A stretch of DNA of 64,000 nt from Phoronis australis (Eukaryota; Animalia; Phoronida), in the NCBI GenBank assembly GCA_002633005.1, contig NMRA01000128.1, positions 520,850-584,849 of the forward strand. The letters run 5' to 3'. A program made the position numbers and the translations under genes. Shown here in pieces: positions 1 to 11,800 of the stretch. Numbering within the stretch: position 1 is the first letter of the stretch; each line of letters opens with the position of its first letter. Below the pieces are notes generated by a model. It made no database searches. It was not told the origin of the DNA and saw only the letters and a program-made list of their open reading frames with translations.

Positions 1-400
1 GTTTCTGCCGGGCACAACCCAGAGTGTATTTTGTCTGTCATAGGGGTTTTAGTGATCTGTGACATGTATTGAATCACATGGAATTGGTTTTGTGTGGTAC
101 CTCGAATGTATGTGCTAGCTCATTTTTGGGGGGTCCTTTTTTGGTTTCTGCCGGACCTATTCCAGAGTGCAATTTGTCTGTCATGGGTCATTCGGTGTTC
201 AGTGCGGTACTATTGTTCGTTTTAAATCAGTTTTGGTTGGTACCTCGAATATCTAGTCTAGCTCATTTTTGGGCTCTTTGTAAGGCCCCCAGGGGTCACA
301 CCCAGAGTGCAGACAACGGCAGACGTCCATTTCTGTACATACTGAAATAGACTTTAAATGCTCCCGTGGTCAGATGTTGGTACCTCGCTCATCTATGCTA
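1..400. repeat. Degenerate tandem repeat, period about 140-145 bp, truncated by window start
   Basis: gtttctgccgg...ccagagtg..tttgtctgtcat recurs at 1 and about 144; ggtacctcg recurs near 96, 239 and 379. Confidence 0.6.
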
Positions 401-690
401 AGTGCTCTGGACTGCCGGTCTAAACCAGTTTATCTCCACTTGCTTGTCACGTTTACGATAACGCGGCGTGCTTATTGTACATTTTTTCCCATTGCGTTTT
501 GTAAAAGGTCTTTATCGATTACGGCTTGTAATCACTCAGTGGCCTAACCAAACAAAAGTGAATAAATACACAAAACGCACAGAGAGTGTCGTAGATGAAG
601 TAAAATCCCAGGAGACATTGTTGTAATATCGAGTGGGATACTACTTCAACTACGCAGATCGAGGTACGTTTTGTATTTATCCCATGCGCT

Positions 691-955
691 TCAAATTCCC
701 AAGTTTCTTTCACTTTTCGATAGATTTTTAAATATTTCACCTGGACTGTTCGCCGTGTATGTACTTACGCGTTAGTTACAAGTTTTCTCTAGTAAAAGAA
801 ACACCTTTAACTGTAACGATTGATTACTTGAAAAGAGATGACAAAGATGAAAACAACGGCAACTGCGCATTGAACTTTTAATAATTCCTGAAAATAATTG
901 AACAACAACAATACTGATTTAACATTGTAGTTACCAAGGAACTCACTTTCACTTT
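691..955. promoter_or_regulatory. Putative upstream regulatory region of the NB-ARC-TPR gene with IRF-E/ISRE-like motifs
   Basis: tcactttcacttt at 943-955 (AAAGTGAAAGTGA on -) and gtttctttcactttt at 703-717 (AAAAGTGAAAGAAAC on -). A strong donor aaa|gtgagt at 994/995 suggests a non-coding 5' exon ending at 994. Confidence 0.35.
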
Positions 956-2916
956 ACAGACACGTCACGCGTTAGAATACATCGCAAGCTTAAAGTGAGT
1001 ATGCCTGTATATTGGCTACGCCCGACATTCAGACGTTTGTCTGAAGCTTTTAATCCAAAAGAGTGTGGACAACTTGAAATTCGACGACAGGAAGTGTGAC
1101 TACTTTTTACTGTCAGTTTTGAATTCAGAACTTTAATTCACCGTGGTGTTTGATGTGCCAAGCACCAGGATACTAATTCTCTGCGACATTCGAACGTCTT
1201 CCTGGTTACGCCATTGCAACCCGATACTTGGATTTGCCGCTATGGGCTGCTGGTTTTCTTGTAAGCACTGGAAAATAAAGACTCACCGTAAAGGAAACTA
1301 AAGTACGTACATGTGACCTATATGTGTCTAGAAACAGATCCAAGACATTTTCTCGATATTTGGACTTTTCGTTGGCAATGTTGTATTTTACTTTCACAAA
1401 TTAACGAAGAAGTGAACCGTATGATGAGAACAAGCGTTTGTGGAAGATAGCTTTTTTCAAAAAAAAGTACATGACTTGCCTAAGTGCTATTGAGTTTTTT
1501 TATTTCAACATACGTAGCGTGTTTTCATTTTACACGCATTTATGCCTTCGAGGAAGACATGCTTGTAGCCACTGAGTTATTGAACCTGTAGGGTGACATT
1601 GCGGTAAGCGGGCCTTACCATTTTCTTCCAATCCCTAACCAAGATTTCCTTCCTTGGTTCGTTTTCCGATGTCTCATATTCTTCTAATTATTCAATTCTG
1701 ACTGAAGCCAATCAGAAATTCCCAATAGTGGGTTCCTAGAGCGAGCCTCCGTTGCATCTCCAAGGCCACAGACAAGGAAAATCGAGCAAATTGTCACCTT
1801 TCTTTAAAAGTAACGTCTTGAGGTTAGATGTTTCCGTATTGCTATTGGCACTTTAATATTGTAATACGATGGAAAGAGTATGCGTGTGCATAGCTCTCCT
1901 TATGAAGTCTGAGCTAGCTTTTTTCTTTCGCTGTCGCTACTTGGAGGCCGACTCTGGGAACAATTCCCGTAGCAACTTAGTGACTCTCACTCAATAGGGA
2001 CCCGGCTCGTATATAGCTACAGTGACTCCTCTGAAGTTGTGACGTCAGGAGGTTCAAAAATTGTGTCATACCTGAGTGGGGGTAGTTTAGTGAAAAAATT
2101 GTAGCAATAGCGGAAGGGAGAATTGTGATGACTGCAGGAACAGCTCGATTACTAAGGTCCAGTCTTTTATAGCTTGTAATCCCGGAGAAACCTCATGCCG
2201 TCACAACACGTGAACCTGCTCACTGGTTCACGTGTACTTCTGAGGCTCGAAATATTTTTAAACCGACAATCTAGTTTTAATTTTAAGAAATTTTATCAAG
2301 AAATTTTATTGGTATGACGAGAAACATGGAAATTGCTCTTGTTTTATGACCTGATCCAGGACGTCCGCGTATGCATGTGTTTATGGTGGCTGTTTTGTGC
2401 TCCGATTGTAGAGTAGCGACAGTAGTACAACAATCACTACAAAGAGAGTTTTCTGAGTGTGCTAAAGTACCGTGATCTACTTTACACTCTATACATCAAG
2501 CAACTGAATAACTTCTCAAAGGATTGATAGTTGTTAGGTCGTTTTATTTTTATAAATAATGGTTCGCAAACGTCCTACACGGTTGTTCACAAACACATTC
2601 TAGATCGATATTATGATCTAGATATGTACCAATGAAAACAAACATGCGTTACTAGGTAGTTTCCAGAAATAAAAAGAGACCGTGGTTTGTTGATATAAAG
2701 ATCGTTTTCTATGACTTCATTTTTTATTCACTTAGGCAAGGGCCAGGATTCCAAGCTGGTGGGCCATAGATGGCGCACTGTCGTTGTGATTACTTGACTA
2801 GCCATTCTCTCCCTCTGATTAACTGGAATTATTAGCCTGATTAACATGATATCCATATAACATCAGGAAGTACATGAACAGTAATTCTTCTTTTTATTGC
2901 AGAGAATGCTCTGAAA

Positions 2917-5810
2917 ATGGCCAGGAGTATTTGCACAAGATCACAGTCCTCAATTGACTATTCAAACTGTGAGTACAAAGGGTGGACTTAGCTGAAAATC
3001 TCAACCGGACTTTGTAATAATAAATGTAGGCTGAAGAATTAGATAGTTGCGTTTAAAGTTATGTCGGACCTTATCGAAAAATTTGTGTATGAAGCCAAAT
3101 AACCACTAAACATAGATTTTTAGTAAAGTAAAAGCTTTTGTACTTCTGGACGTAGAATGCTTGAAGAATGTGATTTTGGACTTTTTACTATTCGGACATT
3201 CAGAATTGGGCCACGTAACCACATGCTTTATCAAAATTTAACAAAAAGGAAGGCATGTGTATGGCAGTGTAACGATACCAAATTTAGTTTAATTGAAATG
3301 CTCGAAGTGAAATCTCAAAAGGCTGTTACAGTTTTCTTACATTATCCATTCGTTTTCGTGTTATATAAATTTTAAATTTTACATGAAAATCATTTAAAGT
3401 CCCATTTCAGTAGCCCCTCATGCAAAATTTGAATGTTTAAAAACTTTAACAGAGTTTTGAATAATCGAATATAAACCATGGTATCTGAAAGTTTCACATG
3501 AATCCAATCAGCCAATTCTGACATGTAACGTTCCGATGTTGGCAAAATTTTATATTTTAGGGTCCTATATAACATTAAGAAGGTGTTGACATCACGCGTG
3601 ATATCGACGAGGTCCATGGCTGAAGTCATCCTCAATTAGTAGTCAAGTGTAATATGAGAAATATTTTTTCAACGTTATCAATGGATTAGCTCAATTTCAT
3701 GCTTTCAGGTAAAATACTCCCACCGCAAAATGAAAACTTTACTGGGAGAAGAGGAGAACTCAAAGAGATATCTGAAGGCTTTCGCAGACTTCAGGAGGAG
3801 CAAAATCAACCTAGTGGTAGTCACGTGATTTGGATTCATGGTTTAGGTGGAGTAGGGAAATCCCAATTGGCTTTGGAGTATGCTCACATTCATCTACGGC
3901 AGTACGAGTTCATACGGTGGATTCGTTGTGGGCCAAATTCTCTTGAAGCCTCAATCTTAGATTTTGCCAAAGATTTGAACATCAACACCGAGAGAGCTGA
4001 TCTCGTGGAGATCATGAAAAGCATCTTCTCTTTCCTCTTTTCTGACACATGGCTGCTGATATTCGATAGTGTGGTTTCTAATGATGATATCAAACAATAC
4101 ATGCCCGACTTAGAATCCCTCAAACAAAATCAGCACATTATCATTACATCAGTCAATTCTCAAGGCACGCCTCATTGCCTCATGCAAGAGCTTAGGGTGT
4201 TTCCGGAGGATGACGCGCACCAATATGTGGCAAGTCGTCTTTCTGATGACAAAAATAGAAAACTCATTAAGATCCTCACGAAAGAGCTTGGATATTTACC
4301 GTTGGCTTTATCACAAGCTGTTGCATACATCAGATTAAACGTTTGTACAATTGAACAATACACAGAAAGATTGCGTCAGAACAGAAGAAATGTCTTAAGC
4401 AAAGACATTCAATTTGAAAACCATGCCACAGAGTCTGTATATGTCTGTCTCATCACTTCAATCCTATCGTTGTCTGAGCGTTTTCCATCCGCACATACTT
4501 TTCTAAAATATATAAGTGTTTTAGATTCAGAAAATATTCCTCTTACTCTTTTCGAAAATACCGACGAATTTCCGGGCTACACCTTACGCCAGTCAAAAGA
4601 AAGTCTCAAGAAGTATTCTTTAGTCAGTGAATGCCCTCTAGGGAATCTAAACTATATTCGTGTTCACACACTTGTCCAAGCCATTGTACAAGATTACTGC
4701 CTAGAACACCCAAGGCAGGTGGAGTCGTTAATCTACTGCCAAGAAATACTCAATAGCTTGGCCCGTATGTTCGCTAAGAAATTACCAGGCGAGTGCACGT
4801 GCATTAGTTGGAGTGGTATCAACAAAGAAGTCCTTCAGACTCTTTCTGATCTTCTTCCCCATGCAAAATGTCTTCTAGAGCACATTACGACAGAGATTCA
4901 AAAGCCAGCTTTGCAGCCTGCTCAGCAAAAACATTTATTTGTTTCGCAGTATACTCTGCTTCATTTCATTGGTTTCGCTTCTTACTTTTGCCGTGAGACA
5001 AAATCAGCTGCACACGCATTTGATGAGCTTGTTAAGATTTGCTGTCGTTTGTATCGCGATAGCTTCGAACACGCTGAAGCATTACTAATGCTGGGTAAAT
5101 GCAAAAGATTCAATAACAACTATTTTGGGTCAAACGAAAGCTTGATAGACGCGAAGAACATTGTAAAGGGGTTGCCAAAAAAAGCAAGACATTTTAAGCT
5201 GTACATCACAATACTTACAGCTATCGGAAGAACAATTTACATGCAACAACTTTCTTATCCATCACGCATGATCTTGGAAAAGGCAAAACAATTTCAGTCG
5301 ACATACCAAGAAGAGTATTCGACTGATGGGAACAATGTCTCTGATGAGCTCTTATCTTACATCCTTTGTAAGCTTGGGGACGCCTATTTAGATGAAAAAT
5401 CTCTAGACAAGGCTAAGAAGTCTTTTGAGCATTGTTTGGCCGTAAGAGAGAAATTGTATGAAGAAGGGCATATTCTAATTGCTTTGTGCAGGTTTTGTCT
5501 TGGAAAGACACAACTTCATTTCAAAGAATTTGACAAAGCAGAAGAATCTTTTCGGTTTTGCCTTGAACGTGCCGAATGGAACTATGGTAAACGTCACTCC
5601 TATGTTGGCAAAGTCAGTGCAGTCCTTGGATTGTGCCTCCTACTTAAGCAGAATCACAATGAGGCACAGGCTTATTTGTCTACTGCTGAAAAAATTCTGA
5701 AGCAGAGTCATGGCGTGGAGTCTGATGTCTACAATTGCGTTCGGATATGGCAGGATGCTGAACAAGTTGAGCCCTGTTACTTAAATCAGTTGCGTCTCTT
5801 CTATTTTTAA
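2917..5810 (+). CDS. STAND-class NB-ARC + TPR protein (NLR-like), about 717 aa; coding exons 2917-2968 and 3709-5810
   Basis: FTGR pre-P-loop, Walker A GLGGVGKS, Walker B WLLIFDSV, HIIITS (RNBS-B-like), GYLPLAL (GxP), VHTLVQ (MHD-like), then kinesin-light-chain-type TPRs (LGDAYLDEKSLDKAKKSFEHCLAVREKLYEEGH). A short upstream exon (MARSICTRSQSSIDYSN+T, donor gtgagt) joins in phase 1 to acceptor tttcag|GT at 3709. AATAAA at 6591. Confidence 0.88.
3057..3574. mobile_element. Possible non-autonomous DNA transposon flanked by TTAA (Kolobok/piggyBac-type target site) in the NB-ARC gene intron
   Basis: Imperfect terminal inverted repeats ttaa-agttatgtcggacctta (from 3053) and tagggtcctatataaca-ttaa (to 3578). 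Confidence 0.35.
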
Positions 5811-8206
5811 GCTGTCTTAACTCAATATGAGGTCTCGAATCTATCGGGGACCAGCAGGTCAGGCTACCTTGGCTGCATTCGCCAAGTTAGTCGCTGCTCC
5901 ACGGCATACTTATTACACGGCGCTTTTCGTCACCGTGATTTTGCACCGTTGGAGGGAATACTGTCCGGATCCACATATATCCGCTGGTGTTCTTCATATG
6001 GTACTCATGTTTGAACAATAATTGCAGAATGTTTCGTTGAGCTGAATACAGTAGTTAAAGTGCTGTTTATTGTGGCTTTGCCAGTGTTACGTTTCTCGCC
6101 TCTTTATTGTAGCAGGAAATATATCTAGGTCGCTTGTGTTCTCAAAAGCTACCGTATGTTCTTTGTATAGTGGACAGTTTATTGGAACTATTTATTCATC
6201 TATCCATCCGTCTCTTCAACTTTGTTTCTCAAGTCTTTCAGGTCTTTCTGTCTGTATATGAGTACATTAATTGTAAGAAAGTGTATGCACGTAGGCCTAT
6301 AACTGTATAAGGTTGATGTCTACGAAGTTCAGGTTATAACCGTTTTTTAAAATATTTTAGAGTGTATAAAAAGTGAGGTACTTACTATGGTGTCGTTACA
6401 TATTATCTTTTATCGCTTACGTGCACCTTGTTCGTTGAGAGCATGGTCCACCGAAGTGCCTTTATGTTTGCAACTTGCCTGGTGTACAAGACGAACAAAA
6501 ACATTGGATAGCCGTGGCATGGCGCTGTTGTATTTAGAACCCGTCCTTGTTAACACTCCATGTGTTTGAAGTTTTAAGTTTTCCGCTGTTAATAAATGAC
6601 ATCTTTTTAACACCAATTTATTTTGTTTCACTACAAACTAGCACCAGGGGCCGGGGTCAAATTTATTTACCCGAAATGGTCGCGACCGTGCGCATGTTTC
6701 AGTTGACGTAAGACAGGCAACTTACCTGGCGGTTCGCAACTCGGCAAAATTTTAGCTTCAGGGTACTAAACCGAAATGCACTTCATGGACCATTGTAAAA
6801 GTACTAATTAAACATACAGCGATGCGATGTAAACGTATTTGGAAACACAATCGAACATGTATAATGTTGTAATGTATTTATTTCGAACTTTAATCTTCCC
6901 AGTCATCCAAAATAAAGGAATAAAATGATTACATCACCTACGTAGCAAAATAATAGTACGTAGCAAAATAAATATACCTGTAAAATGCATCACAATTTTA
7001 ATACAGGACGGAAGCAGAGATTTAACAGTGCAAAACTGTAACGAACATTTACAGATTAGGAAAGGGACATATCATAAGTAGTTTTGGTGAAAACACCAAA
7101 GCTCGCACGAAGGCCATGGAAAACTGAATATACATTCATAATAAAACAAAACAACTTCAATCAAAACAAAATACAAGCAAGAAGGCCAAAAACTCAAAGC
7201 GTAAACTCTGTATCGAGTTAATGTTCCAAATATCATGTCTGAGGCATCAACCAGTAGCTTGTAACGTTACTAAACCAACGCAACAGTTAGACAAAAATAA
7301 ATATCACGGATACCGTAATAAAAACAAATACACCAAAAACTCATTTCTCTGCCATCCACAGTTGTAGCACAATAGCTCTGCAACTAATTGAAACCACAAG
7401 GGGTTCCGTTTCACGTAAAGCGACTTAGAACTCTAGTCAGAAATTTCGTGTTGGCTCCACATGACTTCCAAAAGCTAAACCAAAACACAAACCATGAGAA
7501 TATACGCATAGTCACAAGTTAATCAAGTTACTTGAATAAATTATTACCAAACTGTGACAGTCATGGTACCCAAAAAGTATAGTAATAGTTAAGGGAACAT
7601 GAAACAAAGTTAGACTTGAAAGTCTGAAGCCACTTTTCATAAAGCCCTCCCCCGGCTCTTGTATGAAACAATTATTTGTGTATTTACACCGAAGGCACGT
7701 CATTACAGGCACATGACAGTCCAGATAGAACTTACTGCCCCAGCAACGGCTACTTCGAAATATAGTTTCACAAGAAAATTTCAAACAGAGGGTAATCTCA
7801 AATGATGGAGCCTGTGAGACATACATGTAGTGGTATCAAAAACCCAATTGTCATAAACACCACCATGTTCAATGAAATGCAAATCTCTTTAATGAAATTC
7901 TTTTTGTTTTGTTTCAGCTAAAAACTTCATGAAACAATCTTCAATATAAATCACTCTATTCAAACACTAATCCCAAATCACAAGTCAATTTTCTTCAAAA
8001 TACACAAAATTAATGAAGAAATTTAAAGTTTGATATCCAGGCTTCACCACAAAATGGTCAGTTGAAACACATGAAACTTTCCTTTTTATAAAATTAGAAA
8101 GATTTATAGCAAAAACACAAATAAATACAGTGACATTTATCAATTGATGAAACTTGTTCTGTTGTTCTGCATTGATAATTCAGAAAACAAAATTAATAAA
8201 CTCAAG

Positions 8207-8327
8207 CATGGGCAGCGTACCATAGGGGGCTGGGGGTATAGCCTCTCAATTTTCCAGTGCTGCGCTGCCCATGCCCCATGGGCTGGCTGCTATAGCATCC
8301 ACCTTTTTCAGTGCTGCATTGCCCATG
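8207..8327. mobile_element. Small MITE with CATGGGC termini and 5-bp TSD (tcaag), in the putative 3' UTR of the PH-domain gene
   Basis: tcaag|catgggcagcg ... gcccatg|tcaag, with an internal partial duplication; a related element lies at 42395-42463. Confidence 0.55.
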
Positions 8328-8859
8328 TCAAGGGCAGTTGTCAACATCTAGAACACTAGATATAAATATTTCAATCCCAAGTAAGGGGACCATCAACCCT
8401 ATTCACTGAGGTATAGCAACTCTCTTAACCAGCTTTAGAATTATTGAGTACAATTTCCCTACAAACCAATGCCAACAACTCCTAGTATCACATGTAAGCT
8501 TCAACAATTTTGCGTGCCTAATGGGTACACGCGGACTATGCATTTCGTGCTCCACGGAACAAAATTGTGCCAATGTTGGCTTTACACATCTCATTTGAAC
8601 TCGGCATTACAGTAAAATCTCAAAGTTTAGGACACAACATGGTGGACAATTGAAATTTACTTTTTTAAGTTTTCATGAAATATAAGTAACAACAAACAAC
8701 TGCCTCAGTATTTTGAACTTCAATACTACAGCTGTGACCGTCAATTTGAAAAATGAAGAGATCAAATTTCGCGATAATTTTTTACTAAATTGGTTGAGAT
8801 TTTACCACACCGCCAATACTTCAATGTCATGAACAATGGTGGCAATCTTTAAAATACCC

Positions 8860-11800
8860 TCAATCAAAATCGCCACCTCCATCAAAATCACCACCATCAT
8901 CAAAACCACCACCATCGTCATAACCACCATCATCATAACCCCCATCATCATAACCCCCGTCGTCATAACCACCCCCATCATCATAACCACCACCATCGTC
9001 ATAACCACCACCATCGTCATAACCACCCCCGTCGTCATAACCACCACCGTCGTCATAACCACCACCGTTGTCATAACCACCACCATTGTCATAACCACCA
9101 TTGTTATCATAATCGTTACCAACAGCCTCGCCATTATAATCTGCGCCTCCATCATCATAACCACCGTTGTTTTCCACACCATTATAATTGTTAGTATCAC
9201 CATACTCGGTTTGATTGTTCTCAATGTTTGTTTGTTCAACATTAGTGTTCTCAATGTTGGTTGTGTTACTTTCATAATAATTGTTGACAATAGTGTCACC
9301 GTGGTCATGGTAACCTCCATGCCACCCGCCATGATCCCAGCCCCATCCACCGTAGTAGCCTGGATGGCCCCAACCGTAGCCCCAACCGTAGCCCCAGCCG
9401 CCACCCATAGCAGCCCCTAGTAGCATACCTGTAAGACAACAACAATTTATCAGAAATTAAGACATTAAAAACATATGATCAAGTCTTTCGATCCAGTTTT
9501 TGAACATGAAAAAGATCACTTTCAATAGGACAATCAGTATACACCAGATGGTGTTCATGCACCATGGCCCTCATTTCATTTTCCAAGTAAAGTGAAAAGA
9601 ACGCAGTTCATTTGCAAGAAGGCATTCCATTGCTTTGCTTGGGAACCAAGCAAACTTCTCATTTCAAGGAGATATGCTTTTTTTCGAAATACCCTGTTAA
9701 GAAATTTAGTGACTGCTGTAATCTAAAAACATTTAATAATCTCCATTTTGGATAAATACTGAATACAGTAAAGACTAGTGTCAACCCTGTACTACATCAC
9801 TAAATGAATTCATAATGAGTGAGGTAAAGAACGAATCATTTCAAATGATTTCACAAACACAGCCAAGAAAAATAAAGTCATGTTACATTTCTATTTCTAG
9901 CTCCTATTCTCATCATTTCTCATAATCACAACATGGCAAGACAGAGATGAGGGGGGGGGGGGTGGTTACATCTGGCTCCTTCTACTAGGGACTAATCACT
10001 GATTGGTTCCTGTGAAAATTTCGTCGCCTCATTCCAATGCTCATAGAATAGAAAACAACCCCAAGGCCCTGGATGACCAAGACTTAAATCTGGCCTCTTC
10101 ATGTCTATCTAAGGAGAAGTTCTAAATTTTCACCAGAACAGCCTCTCTTGACACCCTCCTCAAATCAAGAACTCGCACCGTCCATCAGTTACACGTCCTT
10201 TGGGGCTGTGACATGCACTTTGTGAATGATTCTTCTATCTCCCCATTTGTTAGCATCACACTAAGTGTGATACACCACTCCACCATGTAGTAAAACTACT
10301 CCTGAACAAATGTATACCTGTGTGCTCTAGTAATACCCTTCGCATTAACAATTCTGCATATATCCTTGGAGATTTTTAACATACAGGACAACAACGTGGT
10401 GAAAAATATTCTGAACTCTCTATGATTGTCTAATTTGAGACAGGGGACATGAGGTTGCAGGATAGATTTCTTAGTGTCAGAGAGCATGTTCAGGTGAAAA
10501 CAAAGAGTCCTGTTTCAACAGACACAAGAGGTCAGATTTAAGTTGTCTTATGCATGATTCAGGGACCTGTAGTTGTTGCCTGTGAACACCAGCAGAGGCA
10601 GATGCAAATTCCATGGGAACTAGACAGTAAAAGGAGCCAGGCGGCTTTGTAATGTCACAGAAAACTATATTACAACAAGTTCGAGAAGCTGTGATTTCTA
10701 TTTTTTGTATCTGGTGTTTGGGGTGTTTTCAAGCAGCCCTTCTTAAATGTTACGATTTATAATTTTTCAAGATAGTAATTCAGCTAGATGAAAGGTATTT
10801 TAAATCATCTAACTCAAACATCATATGCATTCAGTTGTGACAAAGTAAACAAAATCTGCAGTATGGAAACACCACCAAAATATTTACCAGTAGCAAAACT
10901 GTTTGAATCTCCAGAACTTCGTCGTCGCCTACCACTATCTTGCACAATGACTGTAGTGTTACCGCCCCCTGCCTGTTGGGGGTGTCTATTGTTACCCTGT
11001 GGTGCACCTCTCTGTTGAAACTGTTGCTGCTGCTGTTGTGGTGGAGGGGGGTAATACCCTCCCTGTTGAGGAGGAGGGGGTGCTTGGTTCTGCCGCGGAG
11101 GGTAGCTTCCCGGAGGAGGTGGAGGTCCATGGTTCCGCTGCTGAGGGTATCCACCTTGAGCATTGGGTGGAGGGTATGGACCTGGTTGAACTGGAAACGA
11201 CATAAATTGTATTGAGTGAATGGTGACAGCTGAAATGACCGGCGGTTGAACAGACCAAGCATCACTGTTTGGGTTGCTATGCAGCGTCACCTTTGAAAAC
11301 CATGTTTTTTTCTCATGTTTTAGGGTGGAACCCTTAGTTTTTGGTCTTTGATAGAGCAAGTTAGTGGTCACAGCAAGGACTACACGAAATCATTGATTTC
11401 TTTAACGGAAAGGTTGTAAAATTGGGCAAACGTGATTTATTCAAGTTTCGAGTTTGTCACTTTTACCTACATGAACTTAATTAGTGGCGAGTGAAAACAT
11501 TTGAAAATAGACTCAATGTGACAAAACTGCTGGTATTCAGAGATTTTAACTTTTTAAAAACAGTTTACATGAAAGACAAGCATGTAGGACACCACTCACA
11601 GTTTCATCACTTTTGTAGGCATACAAAATGTCTGCTTCTCCTGAGTCACAAAAATGTTGATATTGCCACATGTTAGAATTGACAACTTAAATCAGTATCA
11701 ATACTTCAAACTCCAATGATGGTATTAATTTGTAAACTGGCGTTATAAAACAAGTATTTTCAAGAATTCTCCTCATATTTTTGGAGTTGTGAAAAAGCAA

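Noticed and set aside
8870-9105. Regular repeat array as a possible CRISPR
   Set aside because: No unique spacers, no cas genes, eukaryotic context; it is a coding minisatellite.
8802-9420. Overlapping 200-aa (Val/Met/Thr) and 194-aa (Ile/Thr) ORFs
   Set aside because: Shadow frames of the 18-bp GGGYDD repeat; only the Gly/Tyr/Asp frame splices in phase with upstream exons.
10831-11265. Several overlapping ORFs on both strands
   Set aside because: Shadow frames of the Pro/Gln/Gly-rich exon 11190-10888.
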